From the NCBI GenBank assembly GCA_016185945.1, contig JACPMR010000011.1:633-64632 (forward strand): DNA of 64,000 bases, written 5' to 3'. Both the position numbers and the translations under genes were made by a program. Below are positions 38,870-46,844 of this stretch, in pieces. This stretch comes from Candidatus Woesearchaeota archaeon (GTDB taxonomy: Archaea > Nanobdellota > Nanobdellia > Woesearchaeales > GW2011-AR4). Numbering within the stretch: the stretch's first letter is position 1; every line of letters starts with the position of its first letter. The notes under the pieces were generated by a model that was not told the DNA's origin, searched no databases, and saw nothing but the letters and a program-made list of their open reading frames with translations.

Positions 38870-39430
38870 TTACGAATGCTTTGCTTCTTTTGATGGCTCT
38901 TTCATAGCGTAAACGACAAAAAAGACTATCAATGCCAGCAAAACGATAGAGCCTACCACTTCATCGCTGCCTGATCCTGCAAAATCTCCTAATCTTTCAA
39001 GCCATGTCCTTCCATCAGGGCCTTTTATGGCATCAAGGAAAATGCCGACTATTGCTATAAACACAATTATCATGAAGACAACCTTCCAACCGCCTTGAAG
39101 GTATATTGGTTCTCCTTCCTTGTGGAAAGAGCCAACCAAAAGCAAAAACAAGACCGACAAAAACAACACAATAACCGCGTTTGCTGATACCTTGGTTATT
39201 ATCTCAACAAGCTGCGAAGAGGCAACAACAAGGAATGCAATGACAAAAGAGGCGATTGCATTAAGGTTCTTTTTTGTATATTTCTTGCCATCAATATCTT
39301 CTGTGCCTAGAACCCTTGTCTTTTCGAATATTGCAAAAACAATTGTGAAAACAAGCAGAAATGGCAGTACAACATCAAATAATCCTATGCTGTCAAAGAA
39401 TTCCAGCACTTGCCTGAAAGGAGTAGCCAT
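38870..39430 (-). CDS. Membrane protein, member 1 of a tandem paralog triplet.
   Basis: MATPFRQVLEFFDSIGLFDVVLPFLLVFTIVFAIFEKTRVLGTEDIDGKKYTKKNLNAIASFVIAFLVV. Confidence 0.4.
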   Translation of the reverse strand: MATPFRQVLEFFDSIGLFDVVLPFLLVFTIVFAIFEKTRVLGTEDIDGKKYTKKNLNAIASFVIAFLVVASSQLVEIITKVSANAVIVLFLSVLFLLLVGSFHKEGEPIYLQGGWKVVFMIIVFIAIVGIFLDAIKGPDGRTWLERLGDFAGSGSDEVVGSIVLLALIVFFVVYAMKEPSKEAKHS

Positions 39431-39525
39431 GCTATTTTTTTCTTGAAAGAGGTATTTAAACTTTTTGTTTTTATTGAAAATTTCAATTAAAAACCTTTAT
39501 AAACAAAATATAATAATCAGTTGAT

Positions 39526-40095
39526 ATGTTCAACAAAAAGGAATTCTCGAAGATTAGGGAAGAAATTCATAATTTTGACGCCAAAAGGGAGGATGTAATC
39601 CAGCTTTCAAGGCACATCATAACCCTGTCAAAACAGGTAATTTATGCTGCTCAAAGGAATGACTTGAAAACGGCTGATTCTGCAATTAAAAAAATCAAGG
39701 ACAATGTAAAAAAATTAAAAAAAATCAACATAGCAACAGACACGAACATCAATTCAGTTGCATTCCAGGAGTATGTTGAGGCAGTTGCTTTCTATGAATT
39801 TGTCAAAAACAAGAGGATACCGACAAAAGCAAGCTTGGGGGTATCTGCAGAAGACTACTTGAGCGGGCTTTGCGACTTGACAGGGGAGCTTGTAAGGAAA
39901 GCAGTTTATGATGTCATCCATAAGAGATTTGACGAGGCGGTCAAGATAAAAGAGCTGGTTCATGACATCTATGGAGAATTCTTAAAGTTTCATTTAAGGA
40001 ATAGTGAACTAAGAAAAAAATCCGATTCAATAAAATGGAATCTGAAGAAATTGGAAGAAGTGATGTATGATATTGCCATTCACAAGAAAAAATAA
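39526..40095 (+). CDS. Translin-family protein.
   Basis: EDYLSGLCDLTGELVRKAV matches the translin DYLxGLxDLTGELxR signature. Confidence 0.65.
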   Translation: MFNKKEFSKIREEIHNFDAKREDVIQLSRHIITLSKQVIYAAQRNDLKTADSAIKKIKDNVKKLKKINIATDTNINSVAFQEYVEAVAFYEFVKNKRIPTKASLGVSAEDYLSGLCDLTGELVRKAVYDVIHKRFDEAVKIKELVHDIYGEFLKFHLRNSELRKKSDSIKWNLKKLEEVMYDIAIHKKK

Positions 40096-40335
40096 TATAT
40101 TGTTGCGAATGGCAAGATAGCCGCCAAAAACAAAACATGATTATTACTTTTTGGTCGGCTATATTTCTATGAAAGGAAGGAGTTAGTTTTGGTTTTTCGT
40201 TGATTGAAAAAATAATTGTTTATTGAAATGCCTTATTGGCATCGGCAGAAACGAAGTTTCTGACGAACTTAAAAATGTTAGTTTTTAAGTAGGGCAAGAA
40301 GCTCAAGAACATTAAATTCGTTAAATAATTAAATT

Positions 40336-40390
40336 TTCAATCCGCCTGCGGCGCATGTTACTGCTCGGTGGCATTAACCGCCTCGCCTAT
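40336..40390. repeat. Short GC-rich repeat copy.
   Basis: TTCAATCCGCCTGCGGCGCATGTTACTGCTCGGTGGCATTAACCGCCTCGCC shares termini and motifs with 26316.. and 58569.. Confidence 0.45.
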
Positions 40391-40508
40391 ATATTAAAAA
40401 TCGAAGATTTTTAAAATCCCGAAAATCTCGCGATTTTCGCGACATAATCGAAAATAAAATGCTTCTTAACAATAAACTTTAAATAACATTCTTCAAATCC
40501 ATGATCTC

Positions 40509-42743
40509 ATGAAAAGAACCCAGACTTGCGGAGAATTGACAGATAAAGACGTTAACAAAAAAGTAACTTTATGCGGATGGTGCTCGACAAGAAGAGACCA
40601 TGGCGGGGTTATTTTTATCGACTTGAGAGACAGGTATGGAATAACGCAAGTAGTTTTTGATCCTTCTTTTAATCTTGAAGCGCATAAAATTGCTGAAAAA
40701 TTAGGCAGGGAAGATGTGATTCAAGTAAAAGGCATTGTAAAGCACAGAAAAAAGGGCATGGAAAATCCAAAGCTTAAAACAGGCGCTGTTGAAGTTTTTG
40801 TTGAGAAAATAGAAATTTTGAGCGAGTCAGAAGCCCCTCCAATGGAAATTGATGACAGGATTCTTACAAGCGAAGACACGCGCTTGAAGTACAGATATCT
40901 TGACTTGAGAAAGCCGGGAATGCAGCACAACATAATAACAAGGCACAAATTTGTCAAAGCTGTCAGGGATTATTTTGACAGCCTGGATTTTGTTGAAATT
41001 GAAACTCCTATTCTTGCAAAAAGCACTCCTGAAGGCGCTAGAGATTATCTTGTGCCGTCTAGAATTCATGCTGGAAAGTTTTATGCTCTGCCCCAAAGCC
41101 CTCAGATATTCAAGCAGCTTTTGATGGTCTCTGGCTTTGACAGGTACTTTCAGATTGCAAGATGCTTCAGAGATGAGGATTTAAGGGCTGACAGGCAGCC
41201 GGAATTCACTCAGATAGATGTAGAAATGAGCTTCGTTGAGGAAGATGATATAATGGAAATTGTTGAAGGCATGCTCAAGCACGTCTGGAGAATTTTGTTG
41301 AACAAAGACTTAAAAACGCCATTTCCAAAAATAACCTACAATGAGGCAATCAGCAAATATGGCTTGGACAAGCCCGATACAAGGTTTGAGCTTCATCTTG
41401 TTGATGTAACCGATGTTGTCAAAAACTCGAATTTTGAGGTTTTTACAAAGGCAATAAAGCAAAAAGGAATTGTAAAGTGCATAAATGCAAAGGGCTGCGC
41501 AAGCTTCAGCAGGACTGTTATAGAGGAATTGACAAGCTTTGTTGCAATTTATGGTTCAAAAGGGCTTGCATGGATGAAAGTTACAGAAAAAGGGCTTGAA
41601 AGCTCTATTGTGAAATTCTTTGACGAGAAAATACAAAAGGAATTGCTCAAGGCAGCAAATGCTAAGAAAGATGACTTGTTATTTTTTGTTGCTGACTCAA
41701 GCCATAAAGTTGTAAACGATTCACTTGGTTATTTAAGAATTGAGATTGCCAAAAGATTGAATCTTATTGACAATAATCACTTTAGTTTTGTGTGGGTTAC
41801 TGACTTTCCATTGGTTGATTGGAGCGAAGAAGAGCAGAAATATGTTGCAGTTCATCATCCTTTCACAAGCCCAAAAGACGAAGATATAGGGCTGCTTGAT
41901 AAATCTCCGGAAAAGGCAAGGGCAAAGGCATATGATATTGTTTTGAACGGCACTGAAATCGGAGGCGGCTCTATAAGAATCCATAGAAGCAATATCCAGT
42001 CAAAGATGTTTTCTGTCTTGGGTTTAAGCAAGGAAGAGGCAGAGCAGAAATTTGGATTCTTGCTCGAGGCATTCAAGTATGGCACTCCGCCTCATGGAGG
42101 CATTGCCTTGGGAGTTGACAGGATTGTTGCTATGATAACTGGAAATGAATCAATAAGAGAAGTAATTGCCTTTCCAAAGAACAAGGCAGCAGAGTCATTA
42201 ATGGATGAGGCGCCAAGTGCAGTAAGCGAGAAGCAATTAGAGGAATTACATATCAAGTTTGATTTTGTAAAAGAGCAAGTAAATGTTGTGTTCGGCAAGA
42301 TAAGGGATGTCTTGAACAAGGAAAAGATTGAGCATGAAGTGCTTGAGCACAAGCCAGTTTATACGAGTAAAGAAGCAGCTCAAGTAAGAGGCACAGAGCT
42401 GAAGCAGGGCTGCAAGGCACTAATTTGCAAGACAGAAGAGGGATTTATCCAAGCAGTTGTCTCTGGTGCAAAGGAGCTTGACATTGGAAAATTGCAGAAA
42501 CTGACTTTGTACAAGAAAATCGAGCTGGCAAATGCAAAGGAAGTAAGGCAGGCAACTGGATGCAACATTGGCTCTGTGCCGCCGTTTGGAAATTTGTTTA
42601 ATTTAAAAACTTACTTTGATAAGTCAGTTGTTGAGAATGATATAATTGCATTTAATGCAGGCACGCATACAAGAAGCATCAAGATGAAAGCGAAGGATTT
42701 GATTAAGGTTGTTAATCCTGTGGTTGGGGAGTTTGGTAAGTGA
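40509..42743 (+). CDS. aspS: Bacterial-type aspartyl-tRNA synthetase (with GAD insertion) fused to a C-terminal YbaK/ProX-type aminoacyl-tRNA deacylase domain.
   Basis: Class II motifs and the anticodon-binding OB fold (residues about 1-590). The C-terminal 150 aa align to YbaK. Confidence 0.85.
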   Translation: MKRTQTCGELTDKDVNKKVTLCGWCSTRRDHGGVIFIDLRDRYGITQVVFDPSFNLEAHKIAEKLGREDVIQVKGIVKHRKKGMENPKLKTGAVEVFVEKIEILSESEAPPMEIDDRILTSEDTRLKYRYLDLRKPGMQHNIITRHKFVKAVRDYFDSLDFVEIETPILAKSTPEGARDYLVPSRIHAGKFYALPQSPQIFKQLLMVSGFDRYFQIARCFRDEDLRADRQPEFTQIDVEMSFVEEDDIMEIVEGMLKHVWRILLNKDLKTPFPKITYNEAISKYGLDKPDTRFELHLVDVTDVVKNSNFEVFTKAIKQKGIVKCINAKGCASFSRTVIEELTSFVAIYGSKGLAWMKVTEKGLESSIVKFFDEKIQKELLKAANAKKDDLLFFVADSSHKVVNDSLGYLRIEIAKRLNLIDNNHFSFVWVTDFPLVDWSEEEQKYVAVHHPFTSPKDEDIGLLDKSPEKARAKAYDIVLNGTEIGGGSIRIHRSNIQSKMFSVLGLSKEEAEQKFGFLLEAFKYGTPPHGGIALGVDRIVAMITGNESIREVIAFPKNKAAESLMDEAPSAVSEKQLEELHIKFDFVKEQVNVVFGKIRDVLNKEKIEHEVLEHKPVYTSKEAAQVRGTELKQGCKALICKTEEGFIQAVVSGAKELDIGKLQKLTLYKKIELANAKEVRQATGCNIGSVPPFGNLFNLKTYFDKSVVENDIIAFNAGTHTRSIKMKAKDLIKVVNPVVGEFGK

Positions 42744-42797
42744 CGAGTTTATTACTTGATAGAAAATTTATTATAGGCGTATACTTAAATTATAGAT

Positions 42798-43358
42798 ATG
42801 ATTGATAAAATACCTTATTTAGGAGATTCTTGGTTAGGCAAATTAATAGCTTATATAGTTTTGGTCTTCATTTATTATTTTTTATGGATGGCTCTAACAA
42901 TGATTTTGCTAAACAAAACTACCAAACACGCCTATTTGTATGGTGAATTATCTGTAGCCAAGAAGTCTGCAAGGGGATTAGTAATGCTATTTTTAATATT
43001 CGGATTTAATATGGCGATGTATGCTGTAGGATTATATAAACCTCCAACTGATGTAACCTTTTTATTCTTATTGAGCATGTTGTTTACATTCATGATAATG
43101 TCTATGATTGATATAATGGGTAAGAAATTCTCTGGAGGCGAAGAATTTTATGACACTATTATCACTTTTATCCTAACAGTAGGTTTCCTATCACCTTCAG
43201 CTGGATTATTAACTCTAGGACTTTTTGATAAATTATACCTCTTAGGTGGATTACTGGTTAATTCTTTTTTATTCACATTCAAATTTGTTAATGATTGGGC
43301 TGGAAATATTACTAGTAAAGTGATAAACTATATGGCACGCAATATAAAAATAAAATGA
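42798..43358 (+). CDS. Hypothetical polytopic membrane protein.
   Basis: Hydrophobic profile only. Confidence 0.3.
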   Translation: MIDKIPYLGDSWLGKLIAYIVLVFIYYFLWMALTMILLNKTTKHAYLYGELSVAKKSARGLVMLFLIFGFNMAMYAVGLYKPPTDVTFLFLLSMLFTFMIMSMIDIMGKKFSGGEEFYDTIITFILTVGFLSPSAGLLTLGLFDKLYLLGGLLVNSFLFTFKFVNDWAGNITSKVINYMARNIKIK

Positions 43359-43822
43359 TTAACCACTACTTCAACAAAAAAGGGCAAGCTCAACCATGGT
43401 TAATAATAATTATTGTCATTATTATTTTGTATCTTCTCTGGAAAAATGGTTATCTTTAAGTTGAGGAATAAATTAAGATTCTATCAACTAATAAATTTTT
43501 GATAATATTCCAAATCTTACTTTTATAATCTGCCTATATCCATCAGAATTTTTCTCCTTTTATCTATATAATTAAGCATTTCTTCGATTTCTTTTATACT
43601 TGAATCTAAATGCAATTCATCTTTTAAATTCTCTAATTTCTCCTGTTTTGAGCCAATTTTTGATTTCTTCATCTCAGTTCTGGTCTATCCGCTTTCTTTA
43701 CCTTTATTTCTTTGAGTATTATTTTGTTAAATTCTATAATTTCCTGTGATGTAGGATACTTAAACCTAGTCATTAGCTTATTCAATAACTATCGAAAGAT
43801 ATAAAAGTTTCTAAATAAAAAA

Positions 43823-44404
43823 TCAAAACTTAACCTCAGGCGCTTCTTCAGCCCCGGGCTTTGCCTCGAAGTAAGGCTTGTCAGCATACCCAATCTGCTT
43901 TGCAACTATATTTGTCGGGAATGTCTTGATTCGGGCATTGAAATTCCTTACAGCCTCGTTATATCTGCCTCTTTCAACTGCAACCTTGTTTTCTGTGTTT
44001 GCAAGCTCGTCCTGCAAGGCCTGGAAGTTCTTTGTTGCAGTCAGTTGGGGATAGTTCTCTGCTATAAGAAGAAGTCTTGACAAAACTGTTTCAATTTGAT
44101 TGGCGGTTTCCACTCTTGCATTGACTGTTGCAGATGTCTGCCATTGGCTTCTCAATCGTGTAATTTCCTCCAAGGTTGATTTCTCAAAGCCGGCTGCGCC
44201 TTTCACAGTATTCACAAGGTTCGGAATCAAGTCAACCCTTCTTTGATATTGTGTTTCAACCTGAGCCCATCTGTTGTTTGTCTCTTCATTAAGCCTTATC
44301 AAGGAGTTGTAAGTTCCAATGTACCACAAAGCAATCAGCAGAACAACAGCTAATGGAATTCCTATCCCGAATAGCAATTTTTTATTCATTTTGCTTCTGC
44401 CCAT
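43823..44404 (-). CDS. lemA: LemA-family protein.
   Basis: N-terminal TM followed by NSLIRLNEETNNRWAQVETQYQRRVDLIPNLV. Confidence 0.8.
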   Translation of the reverse strand: MGRSKMNKKLLFGIGIPLAVVLLIALWYIGTYNSLIRLNEETNNRWAQVETQYQRRVDLIPNLVNTVKGAAGFEKSTLEEITRLRSQWQTSATVNARVETANQIETVLSRLLLIAENYPQLTATKNFQALQDELANTENKVAVERGRYNEAVRNFNARIKTFPTNIVAKQIGYADKPYFEAKPGAEEAPEVKF

Positions 44405-44408
44405 TTTT

Positions 44409-44624
44409 TCATCCTCTTTTCTTTCTTTTTGAAAAATTATAAAGCAGCTTCACTTCGTTCCTGTCGAGCCACATGCCTCCGCAATGGCCGCATACATCCA
44501 AAATAGCTCTGGAAGGGTGCTTGATTTTTCGCATGAATTTTTTCCGCCAAATTCCCGAGCATCTTGGGCAGTGGATTTTCTTCATATTAGGCGTATGTTG
44601 ACTTCTATTTTTAAGTTTTACCAT
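44409..44624 (-). CDS. Zinc-ribbon (zf-TFIIB-like) small protein.
   Basis: CPRCSG...CGHCGG cysteine pairs. Confidence 0.45.
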   Translation of the reverse strand: MVKLKNRSQHTPNMKKIHCPRCSGIWRKKFMRKIKHPSRAILDVCGHCGGMWLDRNEVKLLYNFSKRKKRG

Positions 44625-45391
44625 CCTCCTGAATGCCCGCCGCCTCCAAATCCTCCTCCGCCTCCGCTAAAGCCGCCAAATCCCCCTGCGCCTCCTCTCC
44701 CAAAGCCTCCTGAAAAAATCCCGCCAGCAGCTCCTCTGTAAAAACTATCGGTTGTTTTTTTATATTTGGAGGATTTGCTTAATTTTTTGGCTTTATTAAA
44801 TGCCACGAACAAAACAAAGAAAATAAATATTATTAAGAGAATACCAAAAATAATGCTCAAATTATCCGTCTTCATATTATTTTCATTTTTCAATGCAACA
44901 ATATCAGGGTCGTTAGAATTCAATAACAATCTTTTTACAACATCAGCTGCCTTTAGGATTCCTGCCTCATAGTCTCCATTCCTGAAATTTGGAACAAGGT
45001 AGTCCCGTGAAATTCTTCCCAGCAATGCTGCATTCAAAGTGCCTTCAACGCCATAACCTGTTTCCCACCTGTAAGCTTTGTCATTGACAGCTACGTAAAG
45101 CAATACTCCGTTGTCATTGCCCTTTTTCCCTATTCTGTTTTTCTCGGCGATTTTTAACGTATATTCTTCCAAAGAATACTCTTTGGGGTATTCATTTTCA
45201 ATGTAAATGGCGAATTGCACTCCATTTGTCTGTTTTTCCAGGTCCCTTAATTCATTCTCAAGGTTCAATTTTGCCGCAGAGGCAAGAATTCCTGCATTGT
45301 CGGTAACATAAGAGCTTATTGCAGGTATCTGGGCAACTGCAAATTGCGCAGTCATTAAAATCACAGCTATAATCAAAAATAATTTTTTCAT
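44618..45391 (-). CDS. TPM-domain protein with a C-terminal TM and Gly-rich tail.
   Basis: TPM_phosphatase-like N-terminal domain and a GGFGGFSGGGGGFGGGG tail. Typical LemA-TPM neighbourhood. Confidence 0.75.
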   Translation of the reverse strand: MKKLFLIIAVILMTAQFAVAQIPAISSYVTDNAGILASAAKLNLENELRDLEKQTNGVQFAIYIENEYPKEYSLEEYTLKIAEKNRIGKKGNDNGVLLYVAVNDKAYRWETGYGVEGTLNAALLGRISRDYLVPNFRNGDYEAGILKAADVVKRLLLNSNDPDIVALKNENNMKTDNLSIIFGILLIIFIFFVLFVAFNKAKKLSKSSKYKKTTDSFYRGAAGGIFSGGFGRGGAGGFGGFSGGGGGFGGGGHSGGW

Positions 45392-45446
45392 AAATATAGC
45401 TTAACTATAACAATATATAAATATAACCCATTTATCAGCAAAACAA

Positions 45447-46019
45447 ATGAAAAGGTCCAGATTAACAATCAACTTCATCACATCCAACAAAGGCAAAGTA
45501 AAGGAATTCAAACAAATTCTTGAGCCTGAAATAAAAGTAAACCATATTAAAATGTCTTATCCTGAGCTGAGAAGCGATAATCCTGAAGAGATTGCAAGAG
45601 CATCAGCAGAAATGCTGGCTAACAAATTAAAAAAGCCAGTTGTTGTCGAAGACTCTGGTTTGTTCATCAAAGCATTAAATGATTTTCCAGGCACTTGCTC
45701 TGCCTACATCCATAAAAGAATTGGATTAAGGGGAATAATTAAATTAATGGAAGGTATAAAAGACAGGGGATGCACTTACAAAAGCGCTGTTGCCTACTGC
45801 GAGCCAAGCAAAAAACCAATTAGTTTTCTTGGAGAGGAAAAAGGCAATGTTGCAGAAAGCATAAGAGGAAGTCATGGATTCGGGCACGATCCAATCTTCA
45901 TTCCAGAAGGCAGCAGCAAAACATACGGCGAGATAAAAAACTGCGAGGAAATAAAGAAATTCAGGAGAAGGGCTGTTGAAAAATTGAGAAAATATTTGTT
46001 AAAAAAGAAAAAATTATAA
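45447..46019 (+). CDS. Non-canonical purine NTP pyrophosphatase (Ham1/RdgB family).
   Basis: ITSNKGKVKEF...VVEDSGL...GFGHDPIF motifs. Confidence 0.8.
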   Translation: MKRSRLTINFITSNKGKVKEFKQILEPEIKVNHIKMSYPELRSDNPEEIARASAEMLANKLKKPVVVEDSGLFIKALNDFPGTCSAYIHKRIGLRGIIKLMEGIKDRGCTYKSAVAYCEPSKKPISFLGEEKGNVAESIRGSHGFGHDPIFIPEGSSKTYGEIKNCEEIKKFRRRAVEKLRKYLLKKKKL

Positions 46020-46043
46020 ATCCATAGAAAATCTCTTTTCTCT

Positions 46044-46619
46044 ATGTTCCAAAAAATAAAGAACTTAATGAAACTAAAAGAGGAGATTGATGTAATAAAC
46101 AAGAATGTAGAAGAAAACAATAAAATTATTTCTGAACTTAAGACAGAGCTTGAATCGTTGAAAAAAGATTTGGTAGAAAACAAAAAATTACAAAGTGAAT
46201 TTCTGAAGGATTTCAAGGAAAATCTAGGCATAATACAAAACCTAAGGGAAGATTTTGCAAAGGAGATATATGAGTTCAAGCTGTTAAAAGCGCAGATGCA
46301 GAGAAAGATTCTTGAGAAATTTGAGGAAGAACTGCAAAAAGACTTGAAAATCAATAGAGAAGCATTAAGTAAAGACACAGAAGATTACAATGAGTTAAGG
46401 AAAAAGGCTGCTGAGATCCTATCGAGATTAAACTTAACAACAGAAGAAATCAACAAGTTCATTGAAATAAGCAAAAACATCAAGAAAGAAGATTTCGAAT
46501 TAACTAAATTTGCAAGGCACTTGATTGAAATGGACAGGGAAAAGCTTGAATTAATGAGAAAGATTGATACTTTGGAAAGGCTTGTTTCTAAGATACGAAG
46601 AAGGGAATTAGTTAGATAA
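46044..46619 (+). CDS. Coiled-coil hypothetical protein.
   Basis: Continuous heptad-like K/E-rich sequence. Confidence 0.3.
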   Translation: MFQKIKNLMKLKEEIDVINKNVEENNKIISELKTELESLKKDLVENKKLQSEFLKDFKENLGIIQNLREDFAKEIYEFKLLKAQMQRKILEKFEEELQKDLKINREALSKDTEDYNELRKKAAEILSRLNLTTEEINKFIEISKNIKKEDFELTKFARHLIEMDREKLELMRKIDTLERLVSKIRRRELVR

Positions 46620-46689
46620 TTTAAAAAATTAGTGGATTCTTTAAAAAACAATAAATTAAAAATAAAACAAAAACTTAGAACGACTTTTT

Positions 46690-46830
46690 AAAGTAAGCGT
46701 GATAAAAGTGAACCGTTTTAGATGAATGTGCTATTTTTCATAACAATCCAGCACAACAGATGTGGCAGGTTTCCTATTATAGTCGGGAGAGAGCCTAGGA
46801 AGCCTCGGGATTGAAAAAATTTATTATTGA
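46690..46830. repeat. GC-rich repeat fragments (GCAGGTTTCCT and GGAAGCCTCGGGATTGAA modules).
   Basis: Matches module ends seen at 49595..49614 and 30124..30140. Confidence 0.35.
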
Positions 46831-46844
46831 AAACTTATCTATCT

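Noticed and set aside
43520-43790. Possible tiny minus-strand ORFs (a 49-aa MKKSKIGSKQEKLENLKDEL... and a 33-aa fragment with faint Fic/Doc-like wording) in the 43359..43822 gap.
   Set aside because: Too short and too weakly similar to call. Might be remnants of a degraded toxin gene. Left unannotated.
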